Shown here: positions 1-10,423 of the stretch, one piece after another
How the letters are laid out: each line of letters opens with the position of its first letter
Numbering within the stretch: position 1 is the first letter of the stretch
Sequence record: PZ445498.1
Strand: one strand, 5' to 3'
DNA length: 64,000 nucleotides
Origin: a phage
Program-made: the position numbers and the translations under genes
Notes under the pieces: model-generated
Seen by the model: the letters and a program-made list of their open reading frames with translations, nothing else
What the model was told of the DNA's origin: nothing
Database searches by the model: none

Positions 1-384
1 ACGTTCCAGAAGGTCATCAACGTTAGTAGTGAAGTTCTTCACGCTATCCGCACCATAACGCTGGAACCATTCTGCAATTCGCAGATGGGCAATGTTAGGC
101 TCAACAGTCTGTAGTTCCTGACGACGCATGTTGTAGAACTCATGAGTCTTGAGATACAGATCGTTACCATCTTCATCAATGCCAGGGAAACGAGCACTGA
201 AGTAGTTAGGATCATCTTCACCACAGAAGCGACGGAAGCCAGCTTCAAAGTTAGGCAAGCTACATACTTCCTCTAGATCGTACTCATCCCACAAGGATTT
301 CCCACTAGCAGTATCAGTACGGAAAGCACGAACACCACTATCTACACTCAAACCTGCACCACTAACAACGATTAGTCTACGCAT
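1..384 (-). CDS. Sir2-family NAD-dependent deacylase, N-terminal 128 aa; gene runs off the window start
   Basis: Not in ORF track (no stop in window). Minus-strand ATG at 382-384; translation MRRLIVVSGAGLSVDSGVRAFR...PNIAHLRIAEWF...TTNVDDLLER carries the GAGxS..G...FR, N.AH and TxNxDxL.ER sirtuin motifs. Confidence 0.7.
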   Translation of the reverse strand, partial: MRRLIVVSGAGLSVDSGVRAFRTDTASGKSLWDEYDLEEVCSLPNFEAGFRRFCGEDDPNYFSARFPGIDEDGNDLYLKTHEFYNMRRQELQTVEPNIAHLRIAEWFQRYGADSVKNFTTNVDDLLER

Positions 385-536
385 TATACGATTCCTTGCT
401 TGAATCCTTCGATGATATTTTGGAGCAGAATTGCTTCTTCTGGGCGAACCTTCTCTTGCTTAATAAGCATATCCAAACCAGCAATACAGGTAGCTACTCC
501 AGCATTATACCCAGCATTCCACTGCTCCATAAGCAT
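384..536 (-). CDS. hypothetical small protein (trimmed from track ORF 384..662)
   Basis: Track ORF overlaps the upstream 547..750 ORF; internal ATG at 534-536 lies 10 nt after that ORF's stop. Weak RBS. Confidence 0.3.
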   Translation of the reverse strand: MLMEQWNAGYNAGVATCIAGLDMLIKQEKVRPEEAILLQNIIEGFKQGIV

Positions 537-546
537 ATTTTCTAAA

Positions 547-750
547 TTACTTTTTAGATTCTGATTCAAGAAGTCCATAAAGTTTTTCCTCCAATTCCAT
601 AATACGATTTTCGTAAGAAGCACGCAGCTTCTCGATGGACAAAGCACGAACTGTAACTTCATCTGAATTGATCGCTAGCTGAGCTAGATCTTCTGTTTCC
701 ATACGTCCGTTGTAAATTAAGCGATATTTAAGATGTTTTACGTTTTTCAT
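547..750 (-). CDS. hypothetical coiled-coil protein
   Basis: 67-aa ORF with an aaggaa RBS upstream of the ATG. Confidence 0.45.
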   Translation of the reverse strand: MKNVKHLKYRLIYNGRMETEDLAQLAINSDEVTVRALSIEKLRASYENRIMELEEKLYGLLESESKK

Positions 751-759
751 TCTTGTTCC

Positions 760-1041
760 TTAGTTCTGTACTGTAAATTCATTCTTATCACAGTGAGCAT
801 AATAATACCCATACATACGATAAATTTTCACAGCCTTAGTAGACCCCTTCGATTCTTCATAATCAATCCAGAGCCACTTGTCTTTACCTACATAATGTAC
901 CCGAAACTTCTTAACTTTCTTATCATTCCATGTTGCAACAACACGACGATAATCAAATCCGCCCAACCAATCTAGAGCCTTACGTTCTTCACTAGGCTCT
1001 CCAAGATAGGAAACATCTACTTTCGGAAGCAATTCGCTCAT
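760..1041 (-). CDS. hypothetical protein
   Basis: 93-aa ORF in the same minus-strand block as nrdD. Confidence 0.5.
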   Translation of the reverse strand: MSELLPKVDVSYLGEPSEERKALDWLGGFDYRRVVATWNDKKVKKFRVHYVGKDKWLWIDYEESKGSTKAVKIYRMYGYYYAHCDKNEFTVQN

Positions 1042-1139
1042 AGCTTTCTCCTCTCAAATTTATAAATCAATTATACATAAGTTTTAGCTCGAAAGCAAAT
1101 AAAATAAAAGCCAGATCGACTAGCGACCTGGCTGATTCA

Positions 1140-3014
1140 TTATTTAGCTCTTACATCTGCATGCTTGATTCGTCCCATAACCTCATGCTGTTTACCTGGG
1201 TTAAATGGGCGTGCACCTGGATTACCAAGGTACCCACAAACACGACGTGTTACCTCAAGAGTCTCAGGATCATGGTTGCCACAAATTGGGCATTTAAATC
1301 CATCTTCAGAAGCAATTGTTTCGCCTAAGAATCCACACTCACCACAAGAATCAACTGGAGTATTAATACCAAAGTAGTGAACTTTACTTGCAGCATAGTT
1401 AATTACCCATTCTAGGGCATCTGGGAATTTCTTCATGTCAGGTAATTCCACGTAGGAAATGCACCCACCAGAAGCAATAGGAGTAAAGTTAGACTCATAA
1501 TCAAATTTCACATTTGGAGCAACCTTACGTTCTACATCAAGGTGATGGGAGTTAGTGTAATATCCTTTAGCCAGAATATCCTCATGCTCTGGGAAGTACT
1601 CACGGTCTAGACGACAGAAGCGATCACACAGAGATTCAGATGGTGTAGCATACAGACTATAACCTAACTGAGTCTCTTCCTTCTTCTGATCAGCACGATC
1701 ACGCATATATTGTAGCACACGTTGAACGAACTTGATACAAGACTCAGACATTGTATCTACATCTTTACCAAACATGAGCTGCAACATTTCGTGGCAACCA
1801 ATATATCCTAGAGATACGGAAGCACGCTTGTAGAAATGATCAAATACATATTCATCTGGCCCCAGACGTAATCCAAAGGCTCCTGACATATAGAGGATGG
1901 GCGCAGCTTTAGCTTGAATGTATTTTAAGCGATCAACCCTCCACTCCAATGCTTTTAACGCGGTATCCACACGCAGCTCAAGCAGATCGAAGAATAGATC
2001 AATATTTCCTTCCGCTTCGATAGCGATTCGAGGAAGGTTTACGGAAACAACGCCTAAGTTGTTACGACCAGAAGTTTCACCATCTTCCGCAGCAGCCAGG
2101 AATGAACGACAGCCCATAGAGACTTTGTAGTCTCCCGTAACTTCTACAACCTTATCATAACTGATGTAGTCAGGATACATACGTTCAGCAGTACATTTCA
2201 TAGCTAACTTCTTGATATCATAGTTAACATCACCAGGTTTCATGTTTACGCCATCACGCAAAACAAATACCAGTTTAGGGAAGATAGCTGTACGTTTATT
2301 GATACCCAAACCATCCATACGCACTTCTAGGATTGCTTTCTGTACAAGACGTGCTTCCCAAGAAGTTCCTAGACCAAACCCAAAGGTAATAAACGGACTT
2401 TGACCATTAGAGTTGAACATCGTATTGATTTCATACTCCAGGCCCTGACAGGCATCGTAAACTTCTTTCTCAGTCATTTCCGTAGCCATTACAGATGCTT
2501 TGGCTTCATCCTTAGTCCAACGTTTTGCAAACGCATGATTCTTATCATAAGACTTACGAACATAAGGAGCCAGTACTTCATCTAATCGGTCTACAGAAGT
2601 ACCACCATATTGATGGGAGCTAACCTGAGTAATAATCTGAGCTGTAATAGCAGCCGCAGTAGTAATGGAGTTTGGCGTACTGATTTCAGCATTACCAACC
2701 TTCATACCGTTTTTCAACATATCTTCCAAAGCAACCAGGCAACAGTTAGTCATACCTAATGCAGCGTAATCAGCATCATGGAAGTGAATATCACCAATCA
2801 TGTGAGCATTTCGAATCTGGATTGGCATTTCTTCCAGAATCAGATATTTACTCAATTCCCCTGCAAGCATATCCCTTTGTGTAGGGAAACGTTCTGAGGG
2901 CTTATTGGCATTATTAAACAGCAGCTCTTCATCTGCTGAACCTTCGATAATTTCTTTGCAGTTTCGAATTAAGGACTGCATTCCTTTATATTTTAGTTCT
3001 TCATTGCGATTCAT
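1140..3014 (-). CDS. nrdD: anaerobic ribonucleoside-triphosphate reductase (class III, glycyl radical)
   Basis: 624 aa; C-terminal CPICGNHDPETLEVTRRVCGYLGNPGARPFNPGKQHEV shows the Zn-ribbon cysteines and RVCGY glycyl-radical motif. Confidence 0.9.
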   Translation of the reverse strand: MNRNEELKYKGMQSLIRNCKEIIEGSADEELLFNNANKPSERFPTQRDMLAGELSKYLILEEMPIQIRNAHMIGDIHFHDADYAALGMTNCCLVALEDMLKNGMKVGNAEISTPNSITTAAAITAQIITQVSSHQYGGTSVDRLDEVLAPYVRKSYDKNHAFAKRWTKDEAKASVMATEMTEKEVYDACQGLEYEINTMFNSNGQSPFITFGFGLGTSWEARLVQKAILEVRMDGLGINKRTAIFPKLVFVLRDGVNMKPGDVNYDIKKLAMKCTAERMYPDYISYDKVVEVTGDYKVSMGCRSFLAAAEDGETSGRNNLGVVSVNLPRIAIEAEGNIDLFFDLLELRVDTALKALEWRVDRLKYIQAKAAPILYMSGAFGLRLGPDEYVFDHFYKRASVSLGYIGCHEMLQLMFGKDVDTMSESCIKFVQRVLQYMRDRADQKKEETQLGYSLYATPSESLCDRFCRLDREYFPEHEDILAKGYYTNSHHLDVERKVAPNVKFDYESNFTPIASGGCISYVELPDMKKFPDALEWVINYAASKVHYFGINTPVDSCGECGFLGETIASEDGFKCPICGNHDPETLEVTRRVCGYLGNPGARPFNPGKQHEVMGRIKHADVRAK

Positions 3015-3123
3015 TATACCCTCCTTCTCTAACTAAGACTACTATTATAACTCATTAGAAGGCGGATGTCAACAATATTTTACTATAAAGTTCTGTAACA
3101 TGATCTGAGTCAAAAAATTTTAT

Positions 3124-3152
3124 TTGCCAACCTCTATTAAAAATAGTATAAT
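3124..3152 (+). promoter_or_regulatory. sigma70-type promoter (ttgcca-17-tataat)
   Basis: Hexamer spacing read directly. Confidence 0.5.
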
Positions 3153-3264
3153 CACGCGCCCGTGTACGCGATATAAAATGATTATCTAGTACCATACATC
3201 TCCCAATAAAAGCAAGCAAATTTTTTATTTAAATGCAATATCATAGGCTTATTTAAAATTGTAG

Positions 3265-3293
3265 TTGCTTTCTCCCGTATATATTGGTATAAT
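3265..3293 (+). promoter_or_regulatory. early promoter (ttgctt-17-tataat), upstream of phoH
   Basis: Conserved hexamers, 17-bp spacer. Confidence 0.6.
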
Positions 3294-3366
3294 ATATTTG
3301 TAAGTTGATAAACAAGATCTTTTTGTTGATCCTCTGTTAGCGAAGTACACTATAGGAGTGTTATTT

Positions 3367-4119
3367 ATGGGAAAAGCACGTCAAAAAAGAGAGAACCGCA
3401 ATGGTTCAAGAAAGCGTGGCAACAAGTATGAGAGTAACGTAATTCAAGCAGATTTCTCTGGTGATTACGCCAATCCAGTTGCTAAATCCCTAGTTGGTAA
3501 AAACCGTGAGCAAAAATCATATATCAATATGATCAAGAACAACACAGTGACTGTGGGTATTGGTGAACCAGGTACTGGTAAAACCTTTATTCCGTCCGTT
3601 CTTGCAGCTCAGGAACTCGTAGACATTCACTCAGATATTGAGCAAGTGATCCTCGTGCGTCCGAACGAACCTCTAGGTAAATCTCTTGGTATGCTCCCAG
3701 GTGATCTGGCAGAAAAGCTAGAGCCTTGGTTGGAACCAATAGCCGATGGCATGAAATGGTCAATCGGTGATCACGCCTACAAAGGATATGTCGAACGTCA
3801 GAAAATTAAATTCCTGGCTATCGAACATGCCCGTGGCCGAACTTTCAACAACTCCTATGTAATTGTCGATGAAGCTCAGAATATCTCCGTTGAAGCAATG
3901 ATCTGTCTCTTGACTCGTGTAGGACAAGATTGTCGTTTAATTATCTGTGGGGATATAGCTCAGAAAGACATCAAGGGTGATTCAGGTCTAGCACTTCTTA
4001 TGGAAGTCTATGAGAAGTACGAAAACTCTCCTTTCTCTATGATCGAACTGATCGACAACGTTCGCTCACCAGAGTCTAAAGCATTCTACGATATCTTTAA
4101 GGATATGGGGAAGGTGTAA
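3367..4119 (+). CDS. phoH: PhoH-like ATPase
   Basis: Walker A GEPGTGKTF and Walker B VIVDEAQN; start moved to the ATG at 3367, 6 nt after aggag (track start 3358 is GTG). Confidence 0.85.
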   Translation: MGKARQKRENRNGSRKRGNKYESNVIQADFSGDYANPVAKSLVGKNREQKSYINMIKNNTVTVGIGEPGTGKTFIPSVLAAQELVDIHSDIEQVILVRPNEPLGKSLGMLPGDLAEKLEPWLEPIADGMKWSIGDHAYKGYVERQKIKFLAIEHARGRTFNNSYVIVDEAQNISVEAMICLLTRVGQDCRLIICGDIAQKDIKGDSGLALLMEVYEKYENSPFSMIELIDNVRSPESKAFYDIFKDMGKV

Positions 4120-4120
4120 T

Positions 4121-4363
4121 ATGGGAAACGTCGTACATCTGCACCGCAAAACTAAGATCCACCGTACTTCATTGAGTGCTGCTAATATGATTACACGTAA
4201 GGAAGGGGAAGAAAGTCCTAAGACTACCCTAGCGTGGAAAATTGTAGCCTCTAATCCAAATCGGCCTTTCAACTATAATGAACTGAGTACTTCTATAGAC
4301 ATTCTTATGGCTAAGGAAATACGACAGAAACTAACTGATATGACCGATAAACTTAAATGGTAA
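4121..4363 (+). CDS. hypothetical protein
   Basis: 80-aa ORF immediately after phoH, followed by a terminator. Confidence 0.4.
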   Translation: MGNVVHLHRKTKIHRTSLSAANMITRKEGEESPKTTLAWKIVASNPNRPFNYNELSTSIDILMAKEIRQKLTDMTDKLKW

Positions 4364-4370
4364 GACAGAC

Positions 4371-4403
4371 GAGCCTGGGTATGAAAATATCCGGGCTCTT
4401 TTT
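4371..4403 (+). terminator. rho-independent terminator
   Basis: gagcctgg ... ccgggctc stem followed by a T-run. Confidence 0.7.
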
Positions 4404-4419
4404 ATCTGTAAAATTGTAC

Positions 4420-4448
4420 TTGCAAAATGACTCAAAACAAAGTAGAAT
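4420..4448 (+). promoter_or_regulatory. promoter (ttgcaa-17-tagaat), upstream of nrdA
   Basis: Follows terminator 4371-4403. Confidence 0.5.
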
Positions 4449-4486
4449 ATCTCCTAAATCCTGATAACTACAAAAAGGAAAGCCAA

Positions 4487-6820
4487 ATGAGCCATCGTAT
4501 AGAAAAAGTAATTAAACGTGACGGTACTGTTCAGGACTTTGCTCCTGAAAAACTCAATGATTGGGCTGCATGGGCATGTAAAGATACTGACGTAAGTTGG
4601 TCTGCCGTAGTTATGGCTGCCCTGAAAAATCTACCCAAAGGTGTTGTAGACTCCGATACACTCCAAGATGTGTTAATTAAAGCCGCTGAAGGTCTTATAA
4701 AAGACAATCCAGCATATGATACTGTAGCAAAGGAATTACGTCTTGCGCAGATGCGTAAACGCCTATATGATTCCTTCGAACCACCTTCTCTGCGTTTCTT
4801 CCACGATCATATGGTTCGTGTTGGCGCTTGGGAAGACATGAGTGCATGGATTAGCGATGATCAGTTTGATGCTCTGAATCAAGTTATTGATCATGATCGC
4901 GATCGTTTATTCACTAGTGGTGGACTGAAACAGTTCTTCGACAAGTATTCCCGTCGTAATATTGCAACTGGTGAAATTTATGAAACTCCGCAGTTTGCCT
5001 ACATGGGTATGGCAATGGCGATGTTATCTCAACCTAACTGGACAATTCTAGATGCAATCGACCTCTACAATGCAATGTCGCTCCACAAAATCAACGTTCC
5101 TACGCCGCCACTGGTTGGTCTGCGCTCTAGTGACCGTGGATTTGCTAGTTGCTGCCTCGTGGATTCCACTGACACGCTGGATTCAATCGACACAGCCGAG
5201 CACATCGTCTTCAAAATGGTCGCAGCCAGAGCGGGAATCGGGTATCATCTTGAAAGCCGATCAATTGCTGATCCGGTGCGAAATGGGGCATTCCCGCATT
5301 CCGGAAAACTGCCATATTATCGACACATTGACCGATCAGTAAAAGCTAACACTCAGCAAACCCGTGGCGGTTCTGCTACTGTGTCTTATCCATACTTCGA
5401 TCCTGAAATCATTCAGTTGATGCAGGTTAAGCAGCAACGTGCTACAGACGAGAATAAAATCGATAAGATGGATTACTCTCTGAGCTTTAACAACCTTCTA
5501 TTAAAACGTTACCTGAAAAACGAAGATATTACGCTAATGTCCTACTTCTACGCACCAGAAGTTCATGAAGCGTTTTATGGCGAAGATGAGGCTAAGTTTG
5601 AAGAAATCTACGTGGCAGCGGAGAAACGTGTGGCTTCTCTTACAAAGATCGACCACGAAGGAAAAACAATTCCAGCAGCTCCTAGAATCTCTGCAAAAGA
5701 AATCCTAGATACTTGGTTACGTATCCGTATGGAAACAGGGCGTATGTATGCTCATCACATTGGTGAATCTAACCGTCATGGTAACTTCCTTGACCCGATT
5801 CGTATGACCAACCTATGTGTTGAAATTACTCAGCCAACCAGGCCATTCCATCACATTACGGAGCTGTATAAGACCCAAGATCAGTTAGATGATATGCGTC
5901 CAGAAGATATTGGCGAAGTATCTCTGTGTAACTTAGGTGGAGTTGTACTAGGACGCATGGAATCTCTGGCTGAATGGGAAAAAACTTGCTACATTCTTCT
6001 GAAATTCGTTGATACCATCATTGAAATTCAGGACTATCCGTTCCCTACTATGGAATACACGGCTAAGAAGCGTCGTAACGTAGGTATTGGTCTGATGAAC
6101 GCAGCAGGTGCAATGGCAGCAGAAGGTCTGGCTTACGAAGGTGAAGAAGCCCGTAACTGGATTCACCGTGAAGCTGAGAAACTTTCTTACTTCCTGCATA
6201 AAGCCTCTGTACGTCTGGCTAAAGAACAAGGTGCATGTGACTGGTTTAATCGTACTAAACCATCCAAGGGGACTCTGGTAATCGACACGTATAAGAAAAC
6301 TGTTGATGAACTGGTAACTGTAGATCTAGAAATGGATTGGGAATCTCTGCGTGCAGATATTCTGAAATATGGTATGCGTAACTCTGTTCTGACTGCTCAG
6401 ATGCCCGGTGAAAGTTCCTCTGTACTGCTAGGTGTTACTAACTCTATCGAACCGCCTCGTAAGATTGTATCTATCAAGGGTAGTGCAGTGAATAAAGTAA
6501 TTGCAATTGCTCCAGGTGCAACTGATTGGGATACATTAATGAGTTATAAACTGGCTTATGATGTAGATCGTATCGAGTGGGTCAAATGGGTAGCAACCAT
6601 GCAGAAATTCTTCAGTCAGTCTATAAGTACGAATATGTACTATGACTACACCAAGTTTGAGAATGAAATTATTCCTGGCCCAGTAGTAGTTCGTGATTTC
6701 ATGACTGCTGTTAAGTACGGTTGGAAAACTTTCTACTATGCAAACTTTAACACCGAGAATGGTGGTGGTGCAGGGGAAGAAACTGCTGCTGGATGCGCAT
6801 CTGGTGGTTGTCAATTATAA
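4487..6820 (+). CDS. nrdA: ribonucleoside-diphosphate reductase large subunit (class Ia)
   Basis: ATP-cone start MSHRIEKVIKRDG, C-terminal Cys pair; start at the ATG after aaaggaaa RBS, downstream of promoter 4420-4448 (track start 4427 would lie inside the promoter). Confidence 0.9.
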   Translation: MSHRIEKVIKRDGTVQDFAPEKLNDWAAWACKDTDVSWSAVVMAALKNLPKGVVDSDTLQDVLIKAAEGLIKDNPAYDTVAKELRLAQMRKRLYDSFEPPSLRFFHDHMVRVGAWEDMSAWISDDQFDALNQVIDHDRDRLFTSGGLKQFFDKYSRRNIATGEIYETPQFAYMGMAMAMLSQPNWTILDAIDLYNAMSLHKINVPTPPLVGLRSSDRGFASCCLVDSTDTLDSIDTAEHIVFKMVAARAGIGYHLESRSIADPVRNGAFPHSGKLPYYRHIDRSVKANTQQTRGGSATVSYPYFDPEIIQLMQVKQQRATDENKIDKMDYSLSFNNLLLKRYLKNEDITLMSYFYAPEVHEAFYGEDEAKFEEIYVAAEKRVASLTKIDHEGKTIPAAPRISAKEILDTWLRIRMETGRMYAHHIGESNRHGNFLDPIRMTNLCVEITQPTRPFHHITELYKTQDQLDDMRPEDIGEVSLCNLGGVVLGRMESLAEWEKTCYILLKFVDTIIEIQDYPFPTMEYTAKKRRNVGIGLMNAAGAMAAEGLAYEGEEARNWIHREAEKLSYFLHKASVRLAKEQGACDWFNRTKPSKGTLVIDTYKKTVDELVTVDLEMDWESLRADILKYGMRNSVLTAQMPGESSSVLLGVTNSIEPPRKIVSIKGSAVNKVIAIAPGATDWDTLMSYKLAYDVDRIEWVKWVATMQKFFSQSISTNMYYDYTKFENEIIPGPVVVRDFMTAVKYGWKTFYYANFNTENGGGAGEETAAGCASGGCQL

Positions 6821-6829
6821 TAAAAACAA

Positions 6830-6856
6830 GGAGATCTTCGGGTCTCCTTTTTCTTT
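6830..6856 (+). terminator. rho-independent terminator after nrdA
   Basis: ggagatc-ttcg-ggtctcc followed by tttttcttt. Confidence 0.75.
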
Positions 6857-6866
6857 GAAATTTTAC

Positions 6867-6895
6867 TTGCTAATCGCTACCAGATTTGCTATAAT
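6867..6895 (+). promoter_or_regulatory. early promoter (ttgcta-17-tataat)
   Basis: Follows terminator 6830-6856. Confidence 0.6.
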
Positions 6896-6919
6896 ATCTC
6901 TATATTAAGGAGATATACT

Positions 6920-7438
6920 GTGAAACCTCAACTAACAAAAGAATTTCTAGAGAAATATCTAGAACTCAGAGAAGATACTCTCTATTGGAAGCCAAGAGAG
7001 ACTAATAAAGGTGGATTTAATACTAGATTTGCTGGAAAACCTGTAGGAGCCGTCAATGGAAATGGCTACCTATGCTTCCGACTTAACGTGGAAGGTTATA
7101 GATGGGAATTAAGAAATCATGTAGTAATCTTCTGTCTCTATTATGGATATTACCCAACTAAGACAGTAGACCATAAAGATACAAATAAACTTAATAACCA
7201 TCCTTTAAATCTACGAGAATCAACCGATGCTGGTAATGCCCAAAATAGGGGAGCCGGTAAAAACAATACCCATGGACATAAAAACCTAGAGCCTCTTAGT
7301 TCAGGAAACTGGAGGGTTAGGATAACACACAACGGTACTGTTTACAGATCTTCCGCAATGCCTCTAGAAAAAGCTCTAGAACATAGAGATATTAAACTTA
7401 AAGAATTTCATGGCGAATACGCTAATAATGGAGAATAA
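6920..7438 (+). CDS. HNH homing endonuclease
   Basis: 172 aa; VDHKDTNKLNNHPLNLRE HNH core, same family as ORFs 21918 and 40363; inserted between nrdA and nrdB. Confidence 0.7.
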   Translation: MKPQLTKEFLEKYLELREDTLYWKPRETNKGGFNTRFAGKPVGAVNGNGYLCFRLNVEGYRWELRNHVVIFCLYYGYYPTKTVDHKDTNKLNNHPLNLRESTDAGNAQNRGAGKNNTHGHKNLEPLSSGNWRVRITHNGTVYRSSAMPLEKALEHRDIKLKEFHGEYANNGE

Positions 7439-7441
7439 TTA

Positions 7442-8587
7442 ATGACAACCTTACTAAATCTGAACTGGAATCCTGATTCTGAAGAGCTATTTCTCGGAGA
7501 TGCCCTGGGAGTAGCAGACTATGTTCGTGTTGCTCATCCAGAGCTAGAACGACTCGCACTATTACAGAGGAGCCAGTTTTGGACTGAAACTGAAATCAGT
7601 CTAGAAAGTGACAAAAAGCAATGGCCTAATCTTCCAAGAGAAATACAAGAAATCACTCTGCTGAACTTAGCTTGGCAGGTTCAAACAGATTCTTTCATTA
7701 GTCGTGCTCCTGAGGCAGCTATTATGCCACTTGTAAGCCGTCCTGAATTGGAAGGTATGCTCAAGCAGTGGAGCTACTTCGAAGATCTGCATAGCCGTGC
7801 ATATAGTAACATTATTCGTAACGTTCTGACTGATCCAGCAGAATTTATTGATTCTGTAACTAAAAACCAAGAAGCATTTGCACGTATCGCAGATTCTGTT
7901 GAACTGTTTGATGAATTGTATCTGTTAGGCCAGTATTTCCTTGCAGTACGTGATCATCGTGGTGATAATACTTATCCAGAAACTGAGTTCCCTGAAGTTA
8001 AACGTGAAACTCAGGCTAAACTGTTAGACGCTTACTTTGCAATCTACGGTCTGGAAGCAATGCAGTTCTACGCATCCTTTGCATGTACCTTTGCTCTAGC
8101 AGAGAACGATATTCTGCAAGGTATTGCTAAGAACCTGCAATTAATCGCTAAAGATGAAGCTCTACATACTCAAATGTCTAAAGCTATCATCCAGATTATG
8201 TTCCAGCAGTTTGATAAAGATCTGGTAGATGAAGCATTAGCTAAAGCACCAACACAACTCCTAAAAACTCTGAAAACTGAGATTGAATGGGGTCACTTTA
8301 TCTTTAAAGGCCGTAGTCTGATTGGTTTGAACGCAGAACTGCTTGAAGAATACCTTTACTTTGTAGGACGTAACGCATTTATGCACATTGGTGTAGAATG
8401 GCCAAGCCACTTACCTGTAATTACTAAGAACCCTATTCCGTGGATTATGAACTGGCTGGATACTACTTCCTTACAGCCTGCCCCACAAGAAATCCAGATT
8501 GGTGCAGCATATCGTGTGGGTCAGGTAACTGAAACTTCTGCTGATACCCTGAAAGATCTGGGTAACGAATTTGAGGGCATGTTCTAA
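7442..8587 (+). CDS. nrdB: ribonucleoside-diphosphate reductase small subunit
   Basis: 381 aa, directly downstream of nrdA, with the helical di-iron fold sequence pattern. Confidence 0.9.
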   Translation: MTTLLNLNWNPDSEELFLGDALGVADYVRVAHPELERLALLQRSQFWTETEISLESDKKQWPNLPREIQEITLLNLAWQVQTDSFISRAPEAAIMPLVSRPELEGMLKQWSYFEDLHSRAYSNIIRNVLTDPAEFIDSVTKNQEAFARIADSVELFDELYLLGQYFLAVRDHRGDNTYPETEFPEVKRETQAKLLDAYFAIYGLEAMQFYASFACTFALAENDILQGIAKNLQLIAKDEALHTQMSKAIIQIMFQQFDKDLVDEALAKAPTQLLKTLKTEIEWGHFIFKGRSLIGLNAELLEEYLYFVGRNAFMHIGVEWPSHLPVITKNPIPWIMNWLDTTSLQPAPQEIQIGAAYRVGQVTETSADTLKDLGNEFEGMF

Positions 8588-9117
8588 TGATAGCAGCAAT
8601 CTATGCAACTGGGCCGAATGGGGAGTTCGGCCTCAATGGTAAACTCCCTTGGGGTTCTTTCAAAGAAGAACTAAATACTTTCTATGCTACTTTGGATTCT
8701 CTAGCACCTGATAATATTATTGTAGGAGCAGGAACTTGGTTAGCCTTCCCTGAGACTCTGCAAAAAAGAATACTAGGAGATTCTGACCTATTTATTTATG
8801 CAAATAGACCACTACCTAACTCTGTAGGATCAGCTACACGCATAAGCAACATTGGATACCGTCTGCCTGATTTTCTCAAGGAAGAGGTAACTGTAGTATT
8901 AGGGGGAGCAACTCTGCTTCTTGAAATGTATGTCAAAAATCATCTAGATATGGCGTATATCTCTACTATTACTTCAGCCACACCATTATCTGCTGATGTA
9001 CATCTGCATCATCATATTACTTTAACTAATTCAATGGCAACTAGAATGGACTATGTGGCAGGACAGAATGCAGATAAAACGCTTTCATTCTTACAAGAAT
9101 TGGTGATATTTAAATGA
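8587..9117 (+). CDS. frd: dihydrofolate reductase
   Basis: [23 protein letters not shown]-terminal DHFR signature; translationally coupled to nrdB and thyA. Confidence 0.85.
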   Translation: MIAAIYATGPNGEFGLNGKLPWGSFKEELNTFYATLDSLAPDNIIVGAGTWLAFPETLQKRILGDSDLFIYANRPLPNSVGSATRISNIGYRLPDFLKEEVTVVLGGATLLLEMYVKNHLDMAYISTITSATPLSADVHLHHHITLTNSMATRMDYVAGQNADKTLSFLQELVIFK

Positions 9118-9968
9118 AGCAATATATTGAAACTGGAAAACGTATTCTTGAAGAGGGTGTATGGGTAACGAATCCTAGAACAGGGGTTCGTTGCCTAACC
9201 ATTATTGATGCAGACTTTACCTTTAACGTAGGAGCAGGAGAACTGCCGCTAGTAACTACTCGTAAAGCATTTGCTAAACAAGCAATAATGGAAATGATCG
9301 GATATCTCCGTGGGTACGACTCAGCAGCACAATTCCGCGCTATTGGTGTTAATACATGGAATGCTAATGCAAATGAAAATATTGCCTGGCTAGGTAATCC
9401 ATTCCGTAAAGGCGAGGATGATATGGGACGAGTTTATGGTGTTCAAGGACGTCATTGGACTAATTCTGATGGTATGGTATTTGATCAGTTAGCCAAAGTC
9501 TATCATAATTTGAAAAGAGGGATTGACGATCGTGGAGAAATTTTAACTTTTTGGAACCCTGGGGAATTTCGTAAAGGATGCCTACGTCCATGTATGCATA
9601 CCCATCAATTCTCTATTTTAGGTGATACACTATACCTAAACTCTTTCCAGAGGTCTAATGATTTCTTGCTGGGCCAAGTATTTAATATGGTGCAATGCTA
9701 TGCACTTCTAGCTATTATGGCACAGATTACAGGTCTTAAGCCAGGTATTGCTCGTCAAAAGATTATTAATCTTCATATCTATGAAGATCAGTATAATGTT
9801 CTGATGGAGCACAAGCAATTCGATCGTGAACCTTTTGCACCTCCTACTTTAGAAATCAATCCAAATATTAGAACTTTGGATGATGTATTAACGTGGGTAA
9901 GTAAGGATGATTTTACTGTTCGTGGCTATGAACACCATCCTGCTATTGCATATCCATTTACGGTGTAA
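9114..9968 (+). CDS. thyA: thymidylate synthase
   Basis: 284 aa; ...[42 protein letters not shown]... thymidylate synthase active-site region. Confidence 0.9.
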   Translation: MKQYIETGKRILEEGVWVTNPRTGVRCLTIIDADFTFNVGAGELPLVTTRKAFAKQAIMEMIGYLRGYDSAAQFRAIGVNTWNANANENIAWLGNPFRKGEDDMGRVYGVQGRHWTNSDGMVFDQLAKVYHNLKRGIDDRGEILTFWNPGEFRKGCLRPCMHTHQFSILGDTLYLNSFQRSNDFLLGQVFNMVQCYALLAIMAQITGLKPGIARQKIINLHIYEDQYNVLMEHKQFDREPFAPPTLEINPNIRTLDDVLTWVSKDDFTVRGYEHHPAIAYPFTV

Positions 9969-9971
9969 CAT

Positions 9972-10325
9972 ATGTTAATTATACTATTATTTGTCATATT
10001 CTTTCTAAAACATTTTATGGCCGATTATCCACTCCAAACACCATATATGCTAAGAAAGACGCATAAAATAGGGTGGAAACTTCCATTATTAACCCATTCG
10101 CTAGTACATGCTGGATTAACATTTGCAATTCTAATCCTATTCACATCACCAGGAATGTCTATAGCTTTAGCTATTATGGAATTAATTCTACACTTTATTA
10201 TAGATTATTGGAAAGCACAACGCTGTAAATACGCTATAAGCGATGCTAAGTTTTGGATAGCTTTAGGATTTGATCAGTTACTACATTATCTGACATACGC
10301 CCTAATAATCTTGATTATAATCTAA
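9972..10325 (+). CDS. hypothetical membrane protein
   Basis: 117 aa, several hydrophobic helices. Confidence 0.5.
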   Translation: MLIILLFVIFFLKHFMADYPLQTPYMLRKTHKIGWKLPLLTHSLVHAGLTFAILILFTSPGMSIALAIMELILHFIIDYWKAQRCKYAISDAKFWIALGFDQLLHYLTYALIILIII

Positions 10326-10330
10326 TTCAA

Positions 10331-10352
10331 ATAGCCCTTCGGGGCTATTATA
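10331..10352 (+). terminator. hairpin terminator
   Basis: agccc-ttcg-gggct followed by AT-rich tract. Confidence 0.5.
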
Positions 10353-10363
10353 TTTAAATTTCA

Positions 10364-10392
10364 TTTGCTTACTGAGTGAAATTCAAATATAA
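10364..10392 (+). promoter_or_regulatory. early promoter (ttgctt-17-tataat)
   Basis: Follows hairpin 10331-10352. Confidence 0.6.
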
Positions 10393-10423
10393 TATACTTC
10401 TAATTTGACAGAAGGATTTAATA

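Noticed and set aside
4427-4486. Upstream ATG (4427) as nrdA start and GTG 3358 as phoH start
   Set aside because: Both lie within or immediately after the promoter hexamers; the downstream ATGs have proper RBS spacing.
5052-5342. 96-aa alternate-frame ORF inside nrdA (and 5948..6229, 6536..6814 minus)
   Set aside because: Embedded in a conserved enzyme gene; no independent signals.
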